A stretch of 64,000 nucleotides of DNA from Candidatus Babelota bacterium (GTDB taxonomy: Bacteria; Babelota; Babeliae; Babelales; CAIQNR01), in assembly GCA_965658655.1 (NCBI GenBank), contig CBFHTA010000001.1, forward strand, positions 8,722 through 72,721, in the 5' to 3' direction. Each line of letters starts with the position of its first letter. Position 1 is the first letter of the stretch. The translations under genes and the position numbers were made by a program. Of this stretch, positions 50,408 to 60,182 are shown piece by piece. A model generated the notes under the pieces. That model did not search any database. It had not been told where the DNA came from and saw only the letters and a list, made by a program, of their open reading frames with translations.

Positions 50408-51006
50408 GATTCATCACTCTTTAATAAATTTGGTATCGCTTTAAACCACTGTCTTTGAGGATGCGTTTGCATGCACCATAAAATCCATCTATCTAGCAAA
50501 GCCTCATTGGCTAACTGTAAGTCTGCGCGGACAAGGTTGTCAATAGGCGTTTTTAGAAATTGCTCTACACTGTGCTGTATTGCGCTGTCGTGCGGATAAA
50601 CTCCTAACTGAGAAAAAAGCTTTGCTATAACTCTTTTTTTATCTAATTCAGTTTTGAATTGAGTAAAATGAGAGAATAATTCAAGAAAAAAATCGAAAGT
50701 AACTTTGCAACCTACTCCCTCAGGCACAAAGTAGTAACAGGTTTCTAAAAGATAATGTAGAAAATAAATATCACTACGCCCCCAACTTAAAGGCATATGT
50801 TCTATTTCTACATCTTTAATTAGAAGTTTTTGATATTTATCTCGAACCGCATAGTACGAGATGATAGAACCCCTTTGAATACGAGTTTTAGCAAAAAGAG
50901 AGGTGTAAAAAATTGCATCAATGCGTCCATACTGAGACTCAAGCAGAGAAAGATTTCTGCCTTTGTAGAGTAACACTATACCCGTGCGTCGTTGCGATTC
51001 TTTCAC
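50404..51006 (-). CDS. Probable DNA repair protein RecO (divergent)
   Basis: GIVL...L....GRI OB-fold-like start, YLLE....PEG, LG.YP pattern. Confidence 0.55.
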   Translation of the reverse strand: MKESQRRTGIVLLYKGRNLSLLESQYGRIDAIFYTSLFAKTRIQRGSIISYYAVRDKYQKLLIKDVEIEHMPLSWGRSDIYFLHYLLETCYYFVPEGVGCKVTFDFFLELFSHFTQFKTELDKKRVIAKLFSQLGVYPHDSAIQHSVEQFLKTPIDNLVRADLQLANEALLDRWILWCMQTHPQRQWFKAIPNLLKSDES

Positions 51007-51023
51007 CCCTCTCCTTTTATTTT

Positions 51024-53108
51024 CTATAAGCCAATCTTTTTAAAGAATGCGTCTTTGTTTGGTTCTCTGCCAAGATAGTCGCGCAACATATCATCTGGAT
51101 TTTTACTTGCGCCAGGAGCAAGAATTGCTTTCCTGTAACGGCTACCTGCTTCTGGATTCAACAAACCTTCTTTTTCTATTTGCGCAAACACATCATCGGC
51201 AAATACCTGGGCCCAAAGATATGAATAATACTTGGATCCGTACAATTCTGCACCCAGATGGCCAAAACTACACTCATCATGAATATCCTCATCATGCTCT
51301 ATATAAGGCACACACTCATTCATATATTTTTTATAGATTTGCGCGGCATCTTTATCTTGAGCATCGCCAAAGCACTCTAAAGCTATATAGCTCATTGCAA
51401 CCTGACGAGCATACAACATACCTTTTCCAAATTTTAATTGCTTAAGTTTTTTATCAATTAACTCATCTGGCATTGATTTACCTGTTTTATAATGATGAGT
51501 TAGACCCCGAAGAACCTCTTTGTTTTCTATCCAATTTTCAAGTAATAACGATGGTAATTCTAAAAAATCTACATTCGCAAATACTGGAGAAGATTGGTAC
51601 ACAAAAGGAGTTTCGGCTAACGCACAGTGAATAGCATGTCCAAACTCATGAAAAAATGTTTTTACCTCCTTAAAAGACAATAAGGACGGTTTACCGTTAG
51701 TTGGCTTTGTAAAATTACAAAGCATAGTAGAAACGGTAGGATATATTTTTTCTGAAGTACGAGCTGTCATAACCCCAGGGAAAGTCATGGCATGAGTAAA
51801 TTTATTTTTACGTGGATGCATATCCAAAAATACATAACTCAAAACTGCACCCGACTTTTCACTAATTTTAACTAACCGTACATCTGAGTGCCATACCTGA
51901 GGATTTTCAATAGTTTCAATCTTTAAATTAAAGAATTTTTCATAAATATCTAAAAGTCCACGAATCGTCTGATCCATGGGAAAATATTCAGCGATTTCTT
52001 GCTCATCAACATCATAATGTTTCTTCTTATAATACGTACTAACGTAAGCACTATCCCAATCTTTAAGTTTACCATCCCGAGTTAACGAAACATCTTCAGG
52101 TAGATCCTTGGTTATTTCTTTAAACTCCTGGCAAGCTTTTTTAACAATTGACTCTTTCATATCGCGGTGAAATGAACAAACACGCTCTGGTGTTTTAGCC
52201 ATATGTGGGCTTATATCAAAATGAGCATAACTTTTAAAACCAAGTGATTTTGCCAATTTATCTCGAACATCAATCAAATCTTTTAAAATTTTTTCGTTAG
52301 CTGGATATCCCCTATTACAAAAAACTTTTTCAAATTTTTTACGAGTACTCTCTACATAACAGTTATAAAAAATAGCGCTTGCCGTTGGATAATCCGTAAC
52401 TAAAATATACTTCCCATCATCATCTCTCTCTAATGCTTTAATAAAATCTTCAGAAACTCCTGCAAGCTCTTGCTCTTCAACCAAAATAAAACTGTTGTCA
52501 TTGGTGATATTCTGAACAAATTTTGGGCCAAGAGTAGCTTCTTGTTTCTTAAGCACCATCATTTTTTTTTGAACTTCTGGTGCAAGCTCTGCTCCATTGC
52601 GTTTAAATTCATTAAGCATATTGTTTAAGAAGTACCATTGTTCAAAAGTAAGGTTATCTTCTTGCGCATGCATATTAGCATAACTTTGCACTACTTTATA
52701 AAGAGATGCATTGCACGTAATATTTTCATTTGAAAAATCTCTTATTTGACGCTCTAACTGAAACGCTCTTTTAACAAAAGCTTTTTCACAATAAGCGTTT
52801 TTAATGATATTTAAAATCCAATACTCACACTCTAAATACCCTCGAGCAGTATCAATAGCATGCAAAACATTATCTTTATTTTGTTGCATTTTAGGAATAA
52901 CAATCACCTGATTAATAATTTCAAGAGCCTGCCCCTGCGCATACTCAACTCTTTCTTCCATCTCTTCAATAGTTTTAGGATATACCTTAGCTAAATCATC
53001 AAAAGTTTGAATATGTATTTGCCCATCAACATCTCGGGGTAATAAATGAGCCTGTAAATGCCCACACAACAACATCCCAACAAAAATACTGCTCTTACTA
53101 AATTTCAT
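51024..53108 (-). CDS. M3 family metallopeptidase (thimet oligopeptidase-like), copy 2
   Basis: FHEFGHAIH, DFLELPS, FGHL...YGSKYYSY, LGREPN; signal-like N-terminus. Confidence 0.93.
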   Translation of the reverse strand: MKFSKSSIFVGMLLCGHLQAHLLPRDVDGQIHIQTFDDLAKVYPKTIEEMEERVEYAQGQALEIINQVIVIPKMQQNKDNVLHAIDTARGYLECEYWILNIIKNAYCEKAFVKRAFQLERQIRDFSNENITCNASLYKVVQSYANMHAQEDNLTFEQWYFLNNMLNEFKRNGAELAPEVQKKMMVLKKQEATLGPKFVQNITNDNSFILVEEQELAGVSEDFIKALERDDDGKYILVTDYPTASAIFYNCYVESTRKKFEKVFCNRGYPANEKILKDLIDVRDKLAKSLGFKSYAHFDISPHMAKTPERVCSFHRDMKESIVKKACQEFKEITKDLPEDVSLTRDGKLKDWDSAYVSTYYKKKHYDVDEQEIAEYFPMDQTIRGLLDIYEKFFNLKIETIENPQVWHSDVRLVKISEKSGAVLSYVFLDMHPRKNKFTHAMTFPGVMTARTSEKIYPTVSTMLCNFTKPTNGKPSLLSFKEVKTFFHEFGHAIHCALAETPFVYQSSPVFANVDFLELPSLLLENWIENKEVLRGLTHHYKTGKSMPDELIDKKLKQLKFGKGMLYARQVAMSYIALECFGDAQDKDAAQIYKKYMNECVPYIEHDEDIHDECSFGHLGAELYGSKYYSYLWAQVFADDVFAQIEKEGLLNPEAGSRYRKAILAPGASKNPDDMLRDYLGREPNKDAFFKKIGL

Positions 53109-53121
53109 TTAAAGCCTTTCG

Positions 53122-55209
53122 TTACAAGCCAATCTTTTTAAAGAATGCATCTGTGTTTGGTTCTCTACCAAGATAGTCGCGCAACATATCATCTGGTTTA
53201 CGACTTCCACCTACACCAAGAATATGTTTTTTATAGCGTGCGCCTGCTGCGGGATTAAGCAGCCCTTCTTTTTCAATCTGCGCAAAGACATCATCTGAAA
53301 AAACACGTGACCACATATAACCATAATATTTTGCACCGTAACCAGACAGATGTCCAAAACTACACCAGCCATGAGTGGTATCGTCATACACACCATTAGG
53401 AGCAAAAGTTTTAGTATACTTTTTATAAATGTCTTCTGCTTTAGTAGATTGATCTATACCAAAACAATCAAGAGCAATTAAACCCAGCCCCATTTGGCGA
53501 GCGTTAAAAGAACCTTGACCAAATTTTAATTGCTTAAGTTTTTTATCAATTAACTCATCTGGCATTGATTCACCTGTTTTATAATGGTGAGTTAAACCTT
53601 GAAGAATTTCCTTATTCTCCATCCAGTTTTCAAGCAACTGAGAAGGCAACTCAACAAAATCTATTTTAACAGAGGTACCGGATTGAGAAGCCAATTTAGT
53701 TGTTCCCAAAACACCATGAATCGCATGGCCGAATTCGTGGAAGAAAGTTTCCACCTCTCCAAACTTAAGAAGTGAAGGTTTATCAGCAGTCGGTTTAGTA
53801 AAATTACAAACAACAGAAGTGACAGTTGGATAAACTACTCCATCTCGCTCAATAGTAGTAACCCCTGGGAACATTGCCGCATGACCATATTTGTTTGACC
53901 GAGGAAACATATCCAAGAAAACATAGCCACGAACAGTTCCGTCTTTATCGCTAATTTTTACCAAACGAACATCTTCATGCCACGCTTTTGCATCGGCAAT
54001 GGTCTCTATCTTTAAATCAAAAAACTTTTCATAAATATCTAATAATCCTCGAACTGTTTGTTCCATTGGAAAATATTCAGCAAGCTTTTGCTCATCAACA
54101 TCGTAATGTTTTTTCTTAAAGTGCGTACTTACATACCCACCATTCCAACCTTCAAGCTTGCCCTCTTTAGTTAAAGAAACACCTTCTGGAAGATCTTTCA
54201 CAAATTCTTTAAACTCTTCGTTTGATTTTTCAAGAATCTTATCTTTCATATCAAGCTGAAACTTATACGCACGCTCAGGACTTTTAACCATTTGATCATC
54301 CAAATCTAAATGGGCATAACTTGCAAAACCTAAAGCTTTAGCAAGTTTGTGGCGTGTAGCTCGTAGATTCTCGAATACTTCTACATTCACGGGATAAGCA
54401 CGATTCTTAAACACCTTGCTAAAGCGCTTTCGTGTATCTTCTACTTTGCAATACTGCAAAACCATATCTGCACTTGGGTAATCTGTCTTAATAACGTACT
54501 GTCCATCATTATCTTTCGTAAGACCTGCAATAAAATCGTCAGAAACTCCATCTAATTGTTCTTTAGTTGCAGTAATAAAGCTTGTATCGTTATTAATATT
54601 TTGTGAAAACACTTGTGAAATTTTCTGTAATTCTTTTTGAAGCTCTACAATATTCTTGCGTTCATCTCCAGGTAAATCAAGACCAGAACGCTTAAAGTCA
54701 TCCAACATTTCAGAAAGCGCTAATTGCTCTTCTGAATCAAGTTTCTCTTGTTTTGCATTGCCGTTAGCATAAGACTTAAATGCTTTATATAAAGCAACAT
54801 TATTACTTAGATGTTCAAGTACAAAAGACTTAATAGCTAAATCTTCTCTTGCAGCTTCTTCACGAATAGCTTTATCTGGATGGGTATACATAACTAATTC
54901 AAGAATGCCCAATTCAGGACCAAAGTATGCCCAAGAACTATCAAGTGCATGAATCATATTCTGTTTGTTTTGATCTGCATGCGGAACTGCAATAATACCA
55001 TCGATAATCTTTTTTGCTTGATCCTGCGCAAACTGTGATCGATTTTGTATCTCAGAAACTGTACTTGGGTATACTCCATACACTTGTTCTAAATCTGTAA
55101 TATGTACATGACCCTGGGTATCTCTTGGCAACATAGCGTTTCTTTCGCTTTTAATAAAAAAAGTAGCTGCACACAGCAGTACAATGCTTAATAAGGTAAT
55201 TTTCTTCAT
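53122..55209 (-). CDS. M3 family metallopeptidase (thimet oligopeptidase-like), copy 1
   Basis: GAGGGAG RBS before ATG 55209; FHEFGHAIH, DFVELPSQLLENW, FGHLSGYGAKYYGY. Confidence 0.95.
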   Translation of the reverse strand: MKKITLLSIVLLCAATFFIKSERNAMLPRDTQGHVHITDLEQVYGVYPSTVSEIQNRSQFAQDQAKKIIDGIIAVPHADQNKQNMIHALDSSWAYFGPELGILELVMYTHPDKAIREEAAREDLAIKSFVLEHLSNNVALYKAFKSYANGNAKQEKLDSEEQLALSEMLDDFKRSGLDLPGDERKNIVELQKELQKISQVFSQNINNDTSFITATKEQLDGVSDDFIAGLTKDNDGQYVIKTDYPSADMVLQYCKVEDTRKRFSKVFKNRAYPVNVEVFENLRATRHKLAKALGFASYAHLDLDDQMVKSPERAYKFQLDMKDKILEKSNEEFKEFVKDLPEGVSLTKEGKLEGWNGGYVSTHFKKKHYDVDEQKLAEYFPMEQTVRGLLDIYEKFFDLKIETIADAKAWHEDVRLVKISDKDGTVRGYVFLDMFPRSNKYGHAAMFPGVTTIERDGVVYPTVTSVVCNFTKPTADKPSLLKFGEVETFFHEFGHAIHGVLGTTKLASQSGTSVKIDFVELPSQLLENWMENKEILQGLTHHYKTGESMPDELIDKKLKQLKFGQGSFNARQMGLGLIALDCFGIDQSTKAEDIYKKYTKTFAPNGVYDDTTHGWCSFGHLSGYGAKYYGYMWSRVFSDDVFAQIEKEGLLNPAAGARYKKHILGVGGSRKPDDMLRDYLGREPNTDAFFKKIGL

Positions 55210-55217
55210 AACTCCCT

Positions 55218-57170
55218 CTAATCTTTTTGTAATCTTAACCATTGCTCTCTCAATTCAATAGCTTTCTCAAAATCCATTTCTTCTGCAGCTTTATGCATCT
55301 CATACTCAAGTTGCGCCAACTGCTTTTGTGATTCTTCTTTAGAAGCTTTTCGCTTATCTTTTTTATACGCATGAGAAGCCTTTTTAATAGCTTCTTGCAA
55401 CTTAGAAATACTCTTAGTTACTTCGCGCTGCACGCTCTCTGGTGTAATACCATGTTCCTTATTGTAGTCTTGTTGCAACTTTCGTCTACGATCAGTCTCA
55501 TCAATCGCATTTTTCATTGATCCAGTTATTTTATCTGCGTACATAATCACTTTGGCATCAACGTTACGTGCCGCACGCCCAATGGTTTGAATTAATGAAC
55601 GTTTATCTCGCAAGAAACTTTCTATGTCTGCATCCATAATAGCAACTAAACCTACCTCAGGAAGATCAAGACCTTCTCGCAATAGGTTGACTCCTACTAA
55701 ACAATCAAATACACCCATGCGCAATTTTTGTAACAATTCAGTTCTGTCTGGCGTTTTAATATCACTATGCAAATAACAAACTTTTAATTTTCTTTCTTCT
55801 AAGTAACGCGCTAAATCTTCTGCAAGCTTTTTAGTAAGCACAGTAACAAGCGTTCGCTGATTGTTGTCTCGCTTTTCTTTAATCTGTTTAACCAAATGAT
55901 CCATCTGCCCCACACGCCCAATCACTTCTATTTCAGGATCTACTAGACCTGTTGGTCGAATAACTTGTTCAACAAGCGCATTAGAGTTTTCTAACTCATA
56001 GGGGCCTGGTGTTGCAGAAACAAATACCACATCATTAAAATATTTTTCTATTTCTTCAAACTGTAATGGACGGTTATCAAGCGCAGATGGAAGCCTAAAA
56101 CCAAAATCTATGAGAGATTTTTTACGCGACCTATCTCCGGCATACATGCCACGTAGTTGGGGCAATGCAATGTGAGATTCATCAATAATACACAAAAAAT
56201 CTTTAGGAAAGAAATCAAACAAACAAAATGGTTGCTCTCCATCTTTGCGTCCGTCAAAATGCACCGAATAATTTTCAATACCACTACAATAACCCAGATG
56301 ATCTATCATCTCTAAATCTCTGGCTGTTCTTTGAGCAATCCTGTGACGATATAACTCGTTTTCCACCGTAGGCAAATATTCTTTCATCTCATTTTGAATA
56401 CTTGCAATAGCAGATCGCTTTTTTGCTTCAGTGGTAACAAAATGCTTTGCCGGGAAAACAATGGTGTTGTCCAAGTCTTTAACAACACGATTATTATCTC
56501 TCGTTACCCACTGCAATCCTTCAATTGTGTCTCCAAATAGTTCAATGCGCAGTTTGTCTTTTTGATACGGCAAATTAACTTCTACCGTGTTTCCACGCAC
56601 CTGAAAAGTACCTGAACCTTTTTCGTAATCATCTCGTTTGTATTGAATAAAAATAAGCTTGCGCAATAAATCTTGGCGTTTAAAGGTGTCGCCAACCTTT
56701 AATCCCAGCGCCAAGTTTTTGTAATCTGAGGGGTCTCCTAATGCATAAATAGTAGAAACCGACGCAATCACAATAGTGTCTTTACGGTTTACTAAAGAAG
56801 CTGTGGCCTCGACGCGTAAACGTTCTATCTCGGTATTTATTTTAGTTTCTTTGGCAATATACATGTCTTGAGCAGGTAAATACGATTCTGGTTGGTAGTA
56901 GTCATAGTAACTCACAAAATAGCACACTTTGTTTTCGGGAAAGAAAAGCGAGAATTCTTCATAAAGCTGTGCGGCCAGCGTTTTATTAGGAGAAAGTATA
57001 AGCACTGGTTTGTCTTGTTGTGCAATAATATTTGCCATAGTAAAAGTTTTACCAGAACCGGTTACCCCCATAAGCGTAGACTTACCTGGACGGCTTTCGA
57101 GCAACTCTTTTATCGCCTTTGGTTGACTCCCTTTTGCTTTAAAAGGTGCTTTTAATTTAAATAGTGCCAT
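55218..57170 (-). CDS. uvrB: Excinuclease ABC subunit B
   Basis: GVTGSGKTFT, YFVSYYDYYQPE, DESH, GFRLPSALDNRPL, QTIGRAARN, C-terminal UVR; likely start ATG 57170. Confidence 0.98.
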   Translation of the reverse strand: MALFKLKAPFKAKGSQPKAIKELLESRPGKSTLMGVTGSGKTFTMANIIAQQDKPVLILSPNKTLAAQLYEEFSLFFPENKVCYFVSYYDYYQPESYLPAQDMYIAKETKINTEIERLRVEATASLVNRKDTIVIASVSTIYALGDPSDYKNLALGLKVGDTFKRQDLLRKLIFIQYKRDDYEKGSGTFQVRGNTVEVNLPYQKDKLRIELFGDTIEGLQWVTRDNNRVVKDLDNTIVFPAKHFVTTEAKKRSAIASIQNEMKEYLPTVENELYRHRIAQRTARDLEMIDHLGYCSGIENYSVHFDGRKDGEQPFCLFDFFPKDFLCIIDESHIALPQLRGMYAGDRSRKKSLIDFGFRLPSALDNRPLQFEEIEKYFNDVVFVSATPGPYELENSNALVEQVIRPTGLVDPEIEVIGRVGQMDHLVKQIKEKRDNNQRTLVTVLTKKLAEDLARYLEERKLKVCYLHSDIKTPDRTELLQKLRMGVFDCLVGVNLLREGLDLPEVGLVAIMDADIESFLRDKRSLIQTIGRAARNVDAKVIMYADKITGSMKNAIDETDRRRKLQQDYNKEHGITPESVQREVTKSISKLQEAIKKASHAYKKDKRKASKEESQKQLAQLEYEMHKAAEEMDFEKAIELREQWLRLQKD

Positions 57171-57349
57171 GGATATCCCTAAACTTAAGTGTGCGTATAT
57201 TCTGCCTAGTCTAACACGATCATATATACCCAACAATCTCAGATTAAAATTTAACCTCAAAACTGCTCTGAAAAGTCAAAACCCTTGCTTTTAACCACTT
57301 AGATTTGCTATGATTTTTATTTATAATGATAGAAATTTAAGGAGATTAG

Positions 57350-58063
57350 AATAAAGAGAAGAATATTTTTTTAATCCTATTCATAAATGCTTTTTCACTT
57401 AATGCTGCAGATAGTTCTAATGTTGACGCTGAAGAACCTTTTGTATTGATTCAAGAGGCAAACAGCATAGAAGAAGCAATTAAACCTCCTTCTAATTTAT
57501 TAGAAGATACCGTAAGAACATACCAACTAAAAATTCTAGAACTACTTTACAAAAAAGACTATCAAGCCGTTTTAGACATTGTTAAAAAAGATCTTAGTGC
57601 GTTACCTGAAGAAACATGGCATCTTTTTTTAGAAAATAACTCATTAAAAGGAAAACAATGGACAAATCTTACCTTTGAACAAGCTGCTGAAATAGCTGAA
57701 CCATTTAATGGTGCCCTCAATCAAGAAACAATAATAAAAGGGTTTAAAGTGGGTCACAAAAAATATTTTGACAAGCCTGGCGGAGCAATGCTTTTAGAAC
57801 TTGTCCTACAAGACCTCAACAGTAAAACAAAAGAAAAGATTAATAACTTTGTAACAACATTAGCCTGTTATACTTCTGATGTACTCCTTTTTAATCTTAT
57901 GAAAACATATTTTTCTGAGAAAGTAGATTCTAGTAAATACAAACCTCTTTCTGTAAGAGATATTGAAGATCTTTCAAAGCTCTTAGAAAAAACAGAATTA
58001 TCTGGTCAAAAAGTTAAAGAAGCGCAAGAGAAACAACAATGGGCAGAAGAAGAGATAGACTAA
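57350..58063 (+). CDS. Hypothetical exported protein with damaged or non-canonical start
   Basis: ORF track 57446..58063; the frame is open back to 57350 and encodes a signal peptide (IFLILFINAFSLNA) with no ATG. Confidence 0.6.
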   Translation, partial: NKEKNIFLILFINAFSLNAADSSNVDAEEPFVLIQEANSIEEAIKPPSNLLEDTVRTYQLKILELLYKKDYQAVLDIVKKDLSALPEETWHLFLENNSLKGKQWTNLTFEQAAEIAEPFNGALNQETIIKGFKVGHKKYFDKPGGAMLLELVLQDLNSKTKEKINNFVTTLACYTSDVLLFNLMKTYFSEKVDSSKYKPLSVRDIEDLSKLLEKTELSGQKVKEAQEKQQWAEEEID

Positions 58064-58233
58064 TAACAATAAAAAGAGAGAACTATTGTCTTAAACAGTT
58101 ATGGAACACAGTTGAAAATGAACGAGAAACAACAATAAACGAATAAATAATATTATCTTTTACTATTCAATAAAAGAAAGTATAATCCTATCTGGGCAAA
58201 CTATTTAGGGAATTTTACCAGCAAGGAACTTGC

Positions 58234-59181
58234 ATGTTGTTTCTACTCTTTTTAATCATATTTTTTCAAACCAATACAGCACAAAAGAAGATTGAATCTA
58301 CATTTAAGGTTTATAGTCAGATCAATCGACAAAAAATGACTTCTCCTGCCCGCAAAAAAACTATAACTCCTTTATGGCTAAAAAAAATTGCAAAAAAAAG
58401 TCCCGAGAAAATCACACTTGAAGAACTTGGAAAACAAGAAGAACAAAAATGGAAAAGAGAGAAAAAAATATCTGATGCAGCATGGGAAGAAGCAACAAGA
58501 CTCTGGCAAGAGAACCTAAACAATCCTTATCGCTGTCTAGAAGATCCAAAAAAGTGCAATGCCGTTTTTTATCTAAGAGTCAATCTTAGAGGTCATTTCA
58601 TGTCACACCACAAAGACAAGAAGAAAAAAAAGAGTTTATCCACAGAACAACCCGTCAAACCACTTTGCAAAAGAATTGCCCAGCAACACTGGAAAGAAAC
58701 CTCTAAAGAGGAAGCCTGTCATATTCATCAAATTAAACAAATAGTTTGTCGCTGGAGCAAAAATACCTCAAATAAACTCGCACAAGAAGCAATCTCTGCT
58801 CTTGCTACTCAAGCAGACCAATCTTCCCCCGATACTACAGTTTCTACTAAAAGAAAAAGAGATGAAGAAAGCACGACAACATTACGTTCCCCAAAGATGC
58901 TACATAGTGACGAAGACCGTATTTTTAAGTGTCAAGAAGGAAACTGCAAAGCATCTTTTTCTAAATATTTAACCCTAGGCACTCACTGTAGCAACAAACA
59001 TCGATCCACTAAATTCTCAACTCCTAAACCCTGTTCAGAGTGTGCTCATGAACAAAATCGACCTCGAACATTTTCCTATAAATCAACTGCTCATCTTGGC
59101 AGATGCAAGCAGATAAATGATGAACTCAAGAGAAAAGTGGAACTAAAGACTTTAAGACGAAAAAAAGCTTGCAAAAACTAA
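58234..59181 (+). CDS. Exported C2H2 zinc-finger protein
   Basis: Signal peptide; C-x6-C-x12-H-x3-H and C-x4-C-x12-H-x4-H; basic clusters. Confidence 0.8.
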   Translation: MLFLLFLIIFFQTNTAQKKIESTFKVYSQINRQKMTSPARKKTITPLWLKKIAKKSPEKITLEELGKQEEQKWKREKKISDAAWEEATRLWQENLNNPYRCLEDPKKCNAVFYLRVNLRGHFMSHHKDKKKKKSLSTEQPVKPLCKRIAQQHWKETSKEEACHIHQIKQIVCRWSKNTSNKLAQEAISALATQADQSSPDTTVSTKRKRDEESTTTLRSPKMLHSDEDRIFKCQEGNCKASFSKYLTLGTHCSNKHRSTKFSTPKPCSECAHEQNRPRTFSYKSTAHLGRCKQINDELKRKVELKTLRRKKACKN

Positions 59182-59235
59182 AAGAGAAAGACTAAAGGTT
59201 AGTAATACACTGTAGCTATAAAAAAAAGGAGGAGA

Positions 59236-59934
59236 ATGAAAAAACAAATCTTTTTAGCACTACTTTGTACAACAAGAACTAATAACTGCGATAATTGGTT
59301 GGGTGAGAATGCTCCAAAAACAAGACATCGAAAAAACTTACAAGAGCCTGCAAAAACAACTTCTCTATGTAGACCCTCTTGTCAGCAAGAACTTTCTCCA
59401 TCATCTTTTATAAAGCACTGCCCCCTTTCTAGCGACAATTCAAAAATTACTCTTTATGAATGTTTAGAAGATAGAAAACCAAGTCCCTCTGATCATGAAT
59501 ATGGAACCCAATTATTATCTAACTCAATAATAAGATACCAACAAGAAATAAAAGAGCTCCAAACACAAAAGGAAAAAATTTCCTGCTGGAAGTTATGGAT
59601 CCAATGGAAGTTGATGCGCTCTCAAGATATTAATCGAAAGTGGTTACAGGCAGCACAACAAGACCTTCTGCATCATCAAAGTCTTAAAAAAGAACATACA
59701 GGATGTAATTTTAAAACTACCGATATTGACAAATTTAAAGCGCACCTTAGAGAAATTCACGAATGCCCAGATCTTAAAAAACCAACCTTCAACTGTAAAA
59801 TCTGCGGTGCAAAAGACACACACTATTCTTTCCATCCTGGAGTATGTAATTTTAAACACCAACAAATACCCAAAGAACAATACAAAAAAACAAATAATCT
59901 TGATTTTGTAAGGACACTTCTAGCACAAAACTAA
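59236..59934 (+). CDS. Exported zinc-finger protein
   Basis: AGGAGGAG RBS; MKKQIFLALL start; C-x12-H-x4-H then CKIC...H-x3-C. Confidence 0.72.
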   Translation: MKKQIFLALLCTTRTNNCDNWLGENAPKTRHRKNLQEPAKTTSLCRPSCQQELSPSSFIKHCPLSSDNSKITLYECLEDRKPSPSDHEYGTQLLSNSIIRYQQEIKELQTQKEKISCWKLWIQWKLMRSQDINRKWLQAAQQDLLHHQSLKKEHTGCNFKTTDIDKFKAHLREIHECPDLKKPTFNCKICGAKDTHYSFHPGVCNFKHQQIPKEQYKKTNNLDFVRTLLAQN

Positions 59935-60182
59935 CAGAGTTAAACAGTGAATTGTTGTATAATAAACAAAGCTCTCTACCCCTGAGAGCACTTATGAAGA
60001 AAACAATAACTTTAGCAACTCTCTTTGTTAGCCGCTCTCAATTACACTCGTACGCGAAATCAAAAAAGAAGATAATATTGCTTTAAAATGTTCCTATAAC
60101 AGGAAAAAGGTTGCACGTTGCTTTCGTGTAGCACCGTACATTTTAGTGATAGAATACCATAAAACAATTTACCCTAAGACAC

